64,000 bases of DNA, from the IMG/VR virus record IMGVR_UViG_3300015608_003726; one strand, written 5' to 3'. Position 1 is the first letter of the stretch. Each line of letters opens with the position of its first letter. Shown piece by piece: positions 54,826 through 64,000 of the stretch. Origin of the DNA: an uncultured virus (IMG/VR IMGVR_UViG_3300015608_003726) (Duplodnaviria > Heunggongvirae > Uroviricota > Caudoviricetes). The notes under the pieces are model-generated. The model saw only the letters and a list, made by a program, of their open reading frames with translations. It had not been told where the DNA came from and ran no database searches. Both the position numbers and the translations under genes were made by a program.

Positions 54826-57800
54826 TTATTTTTTAATAATTATAGATCCACCACCAGAACTACCAAGACCACCGCCTCCTCCAGACCCTCCAGAGCCTCC
54901 TCCAGAACCGCCGCTTCCCCCAGATCCACCAGATCCTATACTTCCTCCTGTTCCATATAGAGATTCTATAATTCCTCCTGTAGCCAGTTTTCTTATTATA
55001 GATTCGTCAAAACATCTAAAATAATCATATCCAAACATCCATATTTTACCAGAAACAGAAGTCATTTTATGAATAGAATTCAACATGGAATCAGAATATA
55101 ATGTAAATTCAGAATCGTATTTAAAATATTCTCCATCATACATTCCTATGTAAAGAAAATAATCATCAAAACACATGTGATTTATCTTCAAAGAAGAAGA
55201 AGATTCTATATCATTCATAATATCAACCAGAGATAGGTTTATTCTGTCGTTATAAAAAGATCCATTATCTGCAAACAAACCAGAATTAGTACCAATATAA
55301 AACTGAGATTTATATCTTATAATACAATTTACAACTAAATCACTAGAAATAGATCCTTTTTTATTCCAAGAAAGACCATCATTAGAATACCAAATACTAT
55401 TATCTACTACCGCAAAAGCAGAATCAGGACTAATTAATATCTCAACTTTTTCTGAAGAATTAATAACCTTTTCCCATTTATTATCGTTTATCTTTTTAAC
55501 ATAAACTCCATCTTCTGCTCCAATAATCATAGTATTATTAGGCATTATTGAAAAAACATATAAGCTTCCCGGCAAACCGTACCCTGAATCCTTATACAAA
55601 GACTCACTGCTTATATCGTATTTGTATAAATATGAATTTGTTAATATAAAAATATCATCTTGATATCTTATTAAATTTTTAATATCCGAAACCAAAAAAG
55701 AACTATCAAGATCATATCCTGATATATATTTATTTTCTATAGATATTTTAAGAATTCCTCCAATTCCCCCTACTAAAATAGATTCCATCTCAGGAACATA
55801 CAAAATAGAAGATGCATATGGCAAGGACCTGTTCATATTTACAAGATCATAGTCTAACTCATTATCAATAGTAGAGTATAAAGTATTATACCAATCCAAA
55901 TTACATGGACTGATAAATTTTGCTTGATATGGCGTAGATATTGAGTTTTGTATTCCAGGAAATTGTCTTTCGTAAAAAATACCAACATTCACTACATTTG
56001 AATGATTAACCTGAGATAAAGAAGATGGCATACCGGAGTTAATCGACTCCATAGAATCTTCTAATACCCTGTGAGGTAAAGATGTTTTTCTAAAAGAAAC
56101 ATTGTTTAAAGAAACTTCTAAAGTATCATATTTGCTTAAATTTTGATTAAAAGAAAAAATTCCATCCACTGAATTACAAAAACATATTATATTGCAATCT
56201 TGTATGTCAAACGGAATATAATCTCCAACTGCATACCCTGAAACTTCCTTATATCTTTCCACTCCAAAAGCAACACCTCTATCTGAAGCTACTTCGTTTT
56301 CTATAGAAAATGTAACCGAACTAGACGCTTCGCTATATTCAGATCCATCAATCAATGGTAAAGTAAAATTATCATATATTTTATTCAAATAAGAATCAGC
56401 CCAAAACCCAAATGACCCTATACAAAAACCTCTTTTTGCAATACTTTCAATATCAGATAATGATGAATTATTATTTCTTGGAATTATTAATGTTATTTCT
56501 TTTTCTTTTGGATTAAAACTAAAGTCGTAATTCGAAGCAAGAGAAATACTATCCACAATAGGATATTTACAAATATCATTATAATACGATCCATTAACAA
56601 TCAATAATGGACTTATCTTTACTTTAATGCCTATAGAATTATAATGCTTATATAAATCGTATATCAATACAGATTTTCTCAAGTCATTATCTTGACAATG
56701 AAAAATAATACCTTTAACTCCAATATCAAACCATTCGCACCAATTATCTCTTAAATAAGATGCATCTTTTGTATTCCTTATATCCGGTATTCTTAAGTTA
56801 AATTCTATATTATCTAAATACAAATCATAAGAATTATCATTAATTAAAAGACCTGAATAAACAAAGATACTTGCATCCTGATGCTCAGATGTCCATAGTC
56901 CTATCTTTTCTATTATTTTATTTCTTTTATTTTCATCTATTGTGTACCAATGATTTGTATTGTATTGCTCTTTTCTAGTACCTGCTGGTAAATAAAACAC
57001 AAATTTTCTAAATCCATCCAAATAATCTTTAGACATATTATTAATTAAAACATCTACAGAATCATTTTTCATCCACCAGTCAGAAAGTCCGCATGGATTA
57101 TTCGATGAATAAGAGCCATCATACATATCATAAAATCTAACTGGACGTATGTCTATTTCTTCTTGTAAACTATAACTGCAATCTTCTTCTGAAGAAGATA
57201 CTACGCTGCTTACTACAGAACTTTTATTTGAATTGCTATAAAATATATTACTAGTATCAATATCTATTGTGTTTTTTATTCTACTAATTGCCAAAGACAA
57301 AGATGTATTTACCCATGAAGATATTAAATAAGAATCTTCTTTTGATTCGCATTTTGCAAAAAATCCTACCTTATAAATACCTGAAGAATAGGAAGATTCT
57401 AAAAAACACTCTAATTCAGAAGATCCTATAATTCTATTAGAAAAAAATACACTTTCTAGATTTGTATTTCCAAATTTCATTTCAATTATTGGAAATATAT
57501 TTTTATTCAAATTATAATATGTATTTAATAAATATATAAAATGATCTTTATATACATCATATTCTATCTCATAAGAGTTGCAAATGCCATCAAATTTGCC
57601 TCCAGAAACATATTTATCTATAGATATATTGCATAAAATAAAAGGCATTTCTGATATGAAATAATATATAATTTCGTTAAATTTTATCCAATCTTCTTTG
57701 TTGTTTCTTATTCCATTATAATAATTATAAAAAATATTATCAAAACAAAAATAAGATTCTTCAAAAATATTATTTAGATATTTAGTAATATCAGAAATCA

Positions 57801-58269
57801 TCTTAGTAGCGGATTCTAACCATTCCCTATAAGTATATTTACTATTAATGTAATTAGGATCAATAGTGGGATCATTGCTTGCATCAGAATCTAAAAAAGA
57901 ATCAAAATTATCATATTCTGATAATAAATATAATTCAAAAATTGTTTTTATTGTAAATTTAGAAAAATTTATTTGAATATATTTATATTTGGATAAATAA
58001 CTTTTACTTTTTATTTTTTCTATGATTGTAGGAATTATTTCATCATATAATATAGATGGATTTATAATAAAGTCGCTTGGATAATACCCATAATTTTCTC
58101 TTCCATCTTTTTTGTACTCGGATAGCATCCCAAGCAAATCATCATAAATTGTAATAGACTTATAATAAGATAATTCTTTAAAATTAATAAATGATTTATA
58201 ATTATATATAGGGTTATTTTCCCATATATAATCAGGAGTAGAAGAAAAATTATAAAAAATTAAACTCAT
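54826..58269 (-). CDS. Large virion-associated protein with a possible glycoside-hydrolase-like barrel and C-terminal beta-propeller; Gly/Ser tail
   Basis: 1147 aa; Asp-box YSNDGLSW, IGTNSGLF propeller repeats; central GFRKFVFYLPAG...GVKGIIFH alpha/beta region. Confidence 0.6.
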   Translation of the reverse strand: MSLIFYNFSSTPDYIWENNPIYNYKSFINFKELSYYKSITIYDDLLGMLSEYKKDGRENYGYYPSDFIINPSILYDEIIPTIIEKIKSKSYLSKYKYIQINFSKFTIKTIFELYLLSEYDNFDSFLDSDASNDPTIDPNYINSKYTYREWLESATKMISDITKYLNNIFEESYFCFDNIFYNYYNGIRNNKEDWIKFNEIIYYFISEMPFILCNISIDKYVSGGKFDGICNSYEIEYDVYKDHFIYLLNTYYNLNKNIFPIIEMKFGNTNLESVFFSNRIIGSSELECFLESSYSSGIYKVGFFAKCESKEDSYLISSWVNTSLSLAISRIKNTIDIDTSNIFYSNSNKSSVVSSVVSSSEEDCSYSLQEEIDIRPVRFYDMYDGSYSSNNPCGLSDWWMKNDSVDVLINNMSKDYLDGFRKFVFYLPAGTRKEQYNTNHWYTIDENKRNKIIEKIGLWTSEHQDASIFVYSGLLINDNSYDLYLDNIEFNLRIPDIRNTKDASYLRDNWCEWFDIGVKGIIFHCQDNDLRKSVLIYDLYKHYNSIGIKVKISPLLIVNGSYYNDICKYPIVDSISLASNYDFSFNPKEKEITLIIPRNNNSSLSDIESIAKRGFCIGSFGFWADSYLNKIYDNFTLPLIDGSEYSEASSSVTFSIENEVASDRGVAFGVERYKEVSGYAVGDYIPFDIQDCNIICFCNSVDGIFSFNQNLSKYDTLEVSLNNVSFRKTSLPHRVLEDSMESINSGMPSSLSQVNHSNVVNVGIFYERQFPGIQNSISTPYQAKFISPCNLDWYNTLYSTIDNELDYDLVNMNRSLPYASSILYVPEMESILVGGIGGILKISIENKYISGYDLDSSFLVSDIKNLIRYQDDIFILTNSYLYKYDISSESLYKDSGYGLPGSLYVFSIMPNNTMIIGAEDGVYVKKINDNKWEKVINSSEKVEILISPDSAFAVVDNSIWYSNDGLSWNKKGSISSDLVVNCIIRYKSQFYIGTNSGLFADNGSFYNDRINLSLVDIMNDIESSSSLKINHMCFDDYFLYIGMYDGEYFKYDSEFTLYSDSMLNSIHKMTSVSGKIWMFGYDYFRCFDESIIRKLATGGIIESLYGTGGSIGSGGSGGSGGSGGGSGGSGGGGGLGSSGGGSIIIKK
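54846..54955 (-). repeat. Gly/Ser low-complexity tail
   Basis: Encodes GTGGSIGSGGSGGSGGSGGGSGGSGGGGGLGSSGGGS. Confidence 0.85.
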
Positions 58270-58283
58270 AAATCCTCAAAAAG

Positions 58284-61200
58284 TTATCCGCCACCAGGAA
58301 TTGCTCCGCCAATCTGACCGCCAGTAAATGAACCACTAGATCCACCAGTAACGTCTCCTTTGCCTGTATCCCCTCCAGAGCCTCCAGAGCCTCCAGAGCC
58401 TCCAGAGCCTCCTCCAGAGCCAGAACCTCCTCCGGAACCGCCTCCAGAACTAGATCCTCCAGAACCTCCTCCTAAGTCTTCTGAAATGGTATCAATAGTA
58501 AATACAGATTCGATACCAGAAGAATATCCTCTTCCATCATTTTGTTCTACTTCCTCATTATTGTTATAAAAATCTATTCCGCTATTTAAAGAACCAGGGG
58601 TTTTATCTGATTCTAAGTCCTTATATTTACCATATGTTTTTATAGATTTATTATAATTGCAAGACATTAAAGCTGTTCTAAAATTAGGTATTTCAAATTC
58701 TTTTTGGGAAATATTACCATTTTCATCTGTGTAAATTACTTTTCTACTATCTTTGTATATTTGCGATAAAAAGTATTCAACAGAAAATAAATAGTCAGCA
58801 ACATTTTTTCTCGTAAATCCCGTAGGAATAATATTTTTATTATCGTCAGTTTTGTATGTAAGTAAATTTTGAAATCTTATATCTACAATAGCTTTAGCAT
58901 AATCAGCTCCTGACTTGTAAGAATTTCTATCCGTATATTCAGGATACGAAATATTTAGTAAAGAATTAAAAGGCAATTCAGACAAACTAAAATCATTCAT
59001 CATTATTCCGTCTTTATACAAAGACACAGAGGATTTAAAATTACAATCAGCCCAACCTTTGTTTTCTATTTGGTAATTACTGTACTGATTAGTAAATGAA
59101 ACTTGATCATTTATAGATAGCTTCCTATCAAAAGATACATAACCTTTAGATCCTGTAGAAAAAGTATACGCCAATTTTTGTTCTATGTTATTAATATATA
59201 TAGTTGGATTTTTTTCATAAGGGATTAAACATTGAAGACTGATATTATTATTTTTTTTACTAAAATACAACCTACATTCTGTTCCTATGAATAAATCGTT
59301 TTCTATTAAATTAATAGAAGTCGGAGGAAGAATTTTTTTATTTATTTTCATTTCAGTAAATGCTAATTTAAATTGTATATCTTCTGAATCATAAATATCA
59401 TATTCGTCTTCAGAAACAAGTAGTCCATTATCTGATGATATAAATATTTTATTATCTCTTATGATAATTTTTCTCATTATATCATGTTCTAAATATGATA
59501 TTCTTATAAATTTATCAGAATCAGGATCTAATCTAAATAAAGACAAATCTGTCAAAGCATATATATATCCGTTTATATTAACAAAAGAATATATAGGAGT
59601 TTGATTTGTATATTCGCTAGAAAATTCCCAAGACACTCCATCATCAACAGATTCGAAAATACCCAATTCATTACTAATTAAAATTCTATTTCTTACATTA
59701 TCATATATTATAGAATAAAAATCTGTACTTTCTGGTCCTATCGCCGGTATTTGTTTCCAGAAAAATGTATTTTGTAAATCAGAATATTCTAAATAAAATA
59801 ATCCTATATCGCTTGTGCATATTATCTTACCAGTATTTGTCTGTATTATATCTCTTAGTATTTTACTATTTTCTGTTCCTCTCATTTCATTCCATGAAGA
59901 AAACGAAACAAAAGAACCGCCTCTGCACCCATACATTCCTCTATTAGTAAGAGCAAAATAATAATCAATAGAACTTGAATAAAATAACTTTACAGCAGGT
60001 GTAGGAAACTGATATTTCACAGACCAACGAAGTCCATAATCTTCGCTAATATAAATTCCATCACTTGTAGAAGATATTAAAAATTCCTTGCCTGGTGATT
60101 GTATAATATCATAAAAAACAACCGCATCTCCAATTAAAGAAGGTTCTTTGGTCTGAAATCTGAATCCATCATCAATCGGGAAAAGATCTGTCTTTATTGG
60201 TATGAGACTTTCTTTTATTCTTCCTTGATGATTCATATCTGGCATTTGTTTGCGATCTATCATTCCGGAATAAGACTGTTGAGCGCTTATTGACTCTATT
60301 CTTTCCTTAGGCATTTCTCCATCAACTTCTCCCATACTATTAACAACTACCTTAATAGTCGGAGGATCTGAATACGGGAAAGAAGATTGACTTCCACTAT
60401 TAAAAGAACCATCATATAATTTTTGATCAAATACTATTGAACTATTTTCTATGCTTATGTCATATAAAAAATTAGTAATGTAACCATTTATATAAACATA
60501 AACATTATCAAGAGAATCTATAAAATCAAGATTTGTTTCAGTATTAAAAACCTGATAATCAACAGTTGACCAATCTTCTATAACGACTGAATCTGAAAGA
60601 CTTATTCTTCTATCATCATTTTCGCTATTAAAAGAATGTTTATGTTCTTTTAATTTTTCTATTGTTTTTTCTCTAATAGGATCTTCGTAATTTTGCAAAT
60701 TCATAACTTCTTCTAAATCAAATGTCATCGAACCATTTTCTGTAATAATCTTACCGGCGTAAACAGAATCTTCTAAATAATCATCAGAAGAAAGAACTAT
60801 AAAATCGCTTTCATTATAAAACTTTCTAATAATATAATAGTAAGTACCTGTTCTATCTAAAACATCTGAATCTGTATACGAAATTTCATCATAAGATAAA
60901 GTATCTATTTTCTGAAATGAATGCCTATTGTTAAATGATCTCCATATTTCATAGCCATCAAACTCTTCAGAAGAAGAATCCCATAACAAAATTACGCTAT
61001 TTACTGAAACTGTTGCAGAAACATTAATAGTTTCGGATAAAAATGAAGTAGATCTAGGAGTAGCCACAGACAACTTATAATCAATAAATTCATCGTCAAT
61101 AGGATTAAGAGACTGATTGCCGTATCCGTCTATAGAAGTAACAAAATAAACATAAGTTTCGTCATTATCAACATCGAAATCTATAAATTCATTATATCTA

Positions 61201-62990
61201 TTATTTTCTTTTTCAACAAATTCCAACAAAGAAAAATCGCTAGGAGAATAAAAACTATTTTTATTTGATCTCCATATATTATAACCTACAACAAAAGGAG
61301 ATTTAGAATCTTCCCATCTTAATATAACTTGTTTATTTCCAGAATATGATGTTTGTCTGTTTGGAATTTTTGGTTTATCCATTTCGTTTTTAGAAAGAGT
61401 ATTGAAAATAAAAGTTTTCTCTTCGCTCTCATTACCGTAGATATCAACAGACTTAATTTTAAAATAGTATTCTGTATTTTCAAAAATAAAATCTAATCCT
61501 AAAATATATTTATCTGATTTGTATAGATATTCTTCTAAAAGAATATCTTGTTCTGTTTCTGAATTGGTTTTATAAGATATAGATAAAAGATTATGACTTA
61601 ATTCTTTTTCTACATTAACCCAAGAAAACAATATCGTCTGGTCTTCTTGCTGAAAAGCATTAAGGCTATCAGGAGGATATACTAATGTATATTTATTTGT
61701 ATTATAAAAAGATATAGCTCCAGGACTTTTATAACCAGCACTATCCACAGATCTTACAATAATATAATATTTAGAATTTTGTTTAATTGGTAAATACTTT
61801 TTTGTACCGTTTTGCAAAACAGAAAACACCTGTAAATCCAAAGAAAATCCATCTCTTACTTCTATCCATTCTGAAGATATTATAGAGAATTCGTCTACTT
61901 GCAAAAGTTGAACTTCATAAAAAGAAGCTAAATCTGAATCATACGGATCTATATGAGGCTCCCATTCTATATGCATTTTTATATTAGAAATAGGATTATC
62001 TATATATGAATCAGATATTATCAAATTATCAACTTCTTTTGGACCTATGTATGAAATAGGATTTCCATACACTGTAACTCCAGAAGATTCAATATTATTA
62101 ATAGATACAGATTTACATATAACTTTATACCTCAATCCATTAGAAAGATCTGTAATTTGAATAAATCTCTTTTCAAAACTTGCAGTATAAGTATTGTGCA
62201 AAGATATTACATTACTATCGCTATCTAATTCGTAACAATAAAAAATATAATGAGAAACATTTTCTGATTGAGATTCCTTCCATATTATTTGCAACATAGA
62301 ATCATTATTAAAAACTCTAATATTAGAAGGATCGCCGGGTACAGATACGTCTTCTGCTGTCATTTGAGAAACAACAGAAGAAAATGAACTACTATTTCCT
62401 GTTTTGTCTATAGATTTTATTTTTATATAATATAAAGAATTTTGATCTAAATCATTTAATATATAATAATTTGTATCTGAAGAATCGTACAATGAATAAT
62501 CTATATTATTCGTAGATAAATATATTTCATAATAATCAAAATCTATTTCAGAAGAACTATCCCATGACAAAGAAATTGAATCTGTCGTATACGATAAAAC
62601 TCGAAGACCAGTTGGAGACAATGGAATATTTGTATCAACATAAGAAACAGTAGCAATATCAGAAAAAGGTCCTAAAGATCCTATGATATTTTTTCTTTTT
62701 TTCATCCAAGCATAATATGTTTTATTATCAGAAAGAGACTCTTCTAAATAACCAAATGTTCTTGTGACAAACCTATCAACAATACCCATTCCTGAATTGC
62801 ATCTTAAAACTAAAGATCCAGTATCTTCCAAATCCCAACCTTCAATCACTCCATCCCCAACTAAATCGCTAAGAAAAGCTAAGTGATTGTCAATAAGAGA
62901 AAATCTTTTCCTGTCAATTGAAGCCGAATAATAATCCCCTCTAACAAACGCTTGTAAACCGAAATGCGGCGTACTAACAGGCATAATCAA
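58284..62990 (-). CDS. Large virion protein with multiple FN3 repeats and an Asp-box beta-propeller; Gly/Ser tail
   Basis: FN3 motifs (PTGL..SLSW..YYIKIKSIDKTGNSS and others); Asp-boxes ISEDYGLRW and ESVDDGVSW; N-terminal GDGVIEGW. Confidence 0.8.
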   Translation of the reverse strand: MIMPVSTPHFGLQAFVRGDYYSASIDRKRFSLIDNHLAFLSDLVGDGVIEGWDLEDTGSLVLRCNSGMGIVDRFVTRTFGYLEESLSDNKTYYAWMKKRKNIIGSLGPFSDIATVSYVDTNIPLSPTGLRVLSYTTDSISLSWDSSSEIDFDYYEIYLSTNNIDYSLYDSSDTNYYILNDLDQNSLYYIKIKSIDKTGNSSSFSSVVSQMTAEDVSVPGDPSNIRVFNNDSMLQIIWKESQSENVSHYIFYCYELDSDSNVISLHNTYTASFEKRFIQITDLSNGLRYKVICKSVSINNIESSGVTVYGNPISYIGPKEVDNLIISDSYIDNPISNIKMHIEWEPHIDPYDSDLASFYEVQLLQVDEFSIISSEWIEVRDGFSLDLQVFSVLQNGTKKYLPIKQNSKYYIIVRSVDSAGYKSPGAISFYNTNKYTLVYPPDSLNAFQQEDQTILFSWVNVEKELSHNLLSISYKTNSETEQDILLEEYLYKSDKYILGLDFIFENTEYYFKIKSVDIYGNESEEKTFIFNTLSKNEMDKPKIPNRQTSYSGNKQVILRWEDSKSPFVVGYNIWRSNKNSFYSPSDFSLLEFVEKENNRYNEFIDFDVDNDETYVYFVTSIDGYGNQSLNPIDDEFIDYKLSVATPRSTSFLSETINVSATVSVNSVILLWDSSSEEFDGYEIWRSFNNRHSFQKIDTLSYDEISYTDSDVLDRTGTYYYIIRKFYNESDFIVLSSDDYLEDSVYAGKIITENGSMTFDLEEVMNLQNYEDPIREKTIEKLKEHKHSFNSENDDRRISLSDSVVIEDWSTVDYQVFNTETNLDFIDSLDNVYVYINGYITNFLYDISIENSSIVFDQKLYDGSFNSGSQSSFPYSDPPTIKVVVNSMGEVDGEMPKERIESISAQQSYSGMIDRKQMPDMNHQGRIKESLIPIKTDLFPIDDGFRFQTKEPSLIGDAVVFYDIIQSPGKEFLISSTSDGIYISEDYGLRWSVKYQFPTPAVKLFYSSSIDYYFALTNRGMYGCRGGSFVSFSSWNEMRGTENSKILRDIIQTNTGKIICTSDIGLFYLEYSDLQNTFFWKQIPAIGPESTDFYSIIYDNVRNRILISNELGIFESVDDGVSWEFSSEYTNQTPIYSFVNINGYIYALTDLSLFRLDPDSDKFIRISYLEHDIMRKIIIRDNKIFISSDNGLLVSEDEYDIYDSEDIQFKLAFTEMKINKKILPPTSINLIENDLFIGTECRLYFSKKNNNISLQCLIPYEKNPTIYINNIEQKLAYTFSTGSKGYVSFDRKLSINDQVSFTNQYSNYQIENKGWADCNFKSSVSLYKDGIMMNDFSLSELPFNSLLNISYPEYTDRNSYKSGADYAKAIVDIRFQNLLTYKTDDNKNIIPTGFTRKNVADYLFSVEYFLSQIYKDSRKVIYTDENGNISQKEFEIPNFRTALMSCNYNKSIKTYGKYKDLESDKTPGSLNSGIDFYNNNEEVEQNDGRGYSSGIESVFTIDTISEDLGGGSGGSSSGGGSGGGSGSGGGSGGSGGSGGSGGDTGKGDVTGGSSGSFTGGQIGGAIPGGG
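58287..58472 (-). repeat. Gly/Ser tail with a tandem 9-mer (CCTCCAGAG)n
   Basis: Four consecutive CCTCCAGAG copies at 58372-58407 plus variants; encodes (GGS)n. Confidence 0.9.
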
Positions 62991-62994
62991 TCCT

Positions 62995-64000
62995 TTACAT
63001 ATTTATTCTTACAAATTGACCGCTATCTAATTCAAACATAATAGCCATATTCTTAATTACTGGCACATTTTTATAAGGTCCGCAATATATATCTTCGTCA
63101 GTATTTTGAGATTTAAAAGTAAAAGAATTAGAATGATTTATAAATTCTTCTCCATTAAAAGCATCAATACTTAAGTAATACGTTTGAGATGAATCAAAAG
63201 AAGACAAAGACGGATTATAAGAAACATTAACTATATCATTTATATTTACATATATTCCATCGCTACTCATCTGCTCATCGTCTACGAACCATCCATAATT
63301 ATCATTTCCGCTATAAGCAGTATAAAAAAGATTCGTTCTTTCTTCGTCGGTATAGAATCTAACTCTAAAATTAAAATAAGAAGAAGAATTAGAATTTTTA
63401 AAATCAAAATCAACAGTATCTATAAAGCTTATTCCGCATGATTGTATAAATGAATTTGAATCCGAAAATACCTTCCATCCCGAACCGTCGTTATATTCTA
63501 TCTTTACAAAATAGTAAGTATTGCATTTTATTGGATTATCGCCAGTCGGTGTAAACGAAAAGTTTCCTTCTTTTCCGCTACCTATTTCTACTGAATTGTT
63601 TGTCCAATATTCTCCATTATAACTAAATCCTGCATACGAATCTTCTGTCGAAATAGAGTATATTTCAGAAGAAAAAAGATCTTCAAAAAATGAAATTCTA
63701 AATTTATAGTTTACATTTTCGCTAGAAGAATTAACGATAGACCAATCAATAGAATTATTCATCAAAACTGTATCATATGGACCATACTCTCCAAAATCTT
63801 CAGATATAGTTTCTCCTTTACTTGGAGTTAAAAATCTTATTCCTATTCTTAAATTATTGCCATCTTGAAATTCTTCTGTACTAAATATTCTATTTTCTTC
63901 TATTATTTGATAATCTCCAAAATCTGTAGAATTTGTGGTATTTATTCCAAAAACGATATCAGCAGCAACTGGAACTATTTTTTGACTTGTCAATATACCA
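62995..64000 (-). CDS. C-terminal part of a virion structural protein (two tandem Ig-like repeats); runs off the right window edge
   Basis: The frame is open past the TTG at 63993 to the window end; internal duplication YKFRISFFED...TYYFVKIE / FNFRVRFYTD...TYYLSID. Confidence 0.7.
   Translation of the reverse strand, partial: GILTSQKIVPVAADIVFGINTTNSTDFGDYQIIEENRIFSTEEFQDGNNLRIGIRFLTPSKGETISEDFGEYGPYDTVLMNNSIDWSIVNSSSENVNYKFRISFFEDLFSSEIYSISTEDSYAGFSYNGEYWTNNSVEIGSGKEGNFSFTPTGDNPIKCNTYYFVKIEYNDGSGWKVFSDSNSFIQSCGISFIDTVDFDFKNSNSSSYFNFRVRFYTDEERTNLFYTAYSGNDNYGWFVDDEQMSSDGIYVNINDIVNVSYNPSLSSFDSSQTYYLSIDAFNGEEFINHSNSFTFKSQNTDEDIYCGPYKNVPVIKNMAIMFELDSGQFVRINM

Noticed and set aside
422..59947. 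Short plus-strand ORFs in the track
   Set aside because: All are antisense shadows of long minus-strand genes, with no motifs; the Pro/Glu-rich ORF at 58360 is just the antisense of a GGS repeat.
1..64000. Stop-codon reassignment (code 15 or 4)
   Set aside because: Genes are full-length and densely packed under code 11, and TAA, TAG and TGA all end genes at expected positions.
1..64000. tRNA or rRNA genes
   Set aside because: Intergenic gaps are tiny and none shows a cloverleaf or rRNA-like sequence; the hairpin at 14189 fits a terminator.

Overview
A 64-kb, very AT-rich, densely coded segment of what is most likely a large (jumbo) dsDNA phage genome. Essentially all real genes lie on the minus strand and read in the standard genetic code. 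In transcription order (right to left) it holds: (1) four giant virion/tail-type proteins (FN3, vWA, LamG, Kelch and Asp-box propeller domains, Gly/Ser linkers); (2) three glycosyltransferases; (3) a replication/recombination block (metallophosphoesterase, SF2 helicase, IF3, Ycf46-like AAA+, DnaC-like loader, DnaB, split primase, two-gene DnaE, SSB, RecA, Cas4-like nuclease, SpoVS, Gam-like protein, UvrD) with four DNA methyltransferases; (4) a nonulosonic (sialic-type) acid module with two Maf/DUF115-like proteins, NeuA and a sialidase-like ORF missed by the ORF track. Six inteins are present. The most striking feature is the DnaE intein: instead of an in-frame LAGLIDADG it carries a complete Vsr/EDxHD-like endonuclease gene with its own Shine-Dalgarno site in the +1 frame, and the intein frame stays open across it (about 290 dual-coding codons). 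All calls come from reading motifs by eye; no database searches were run.
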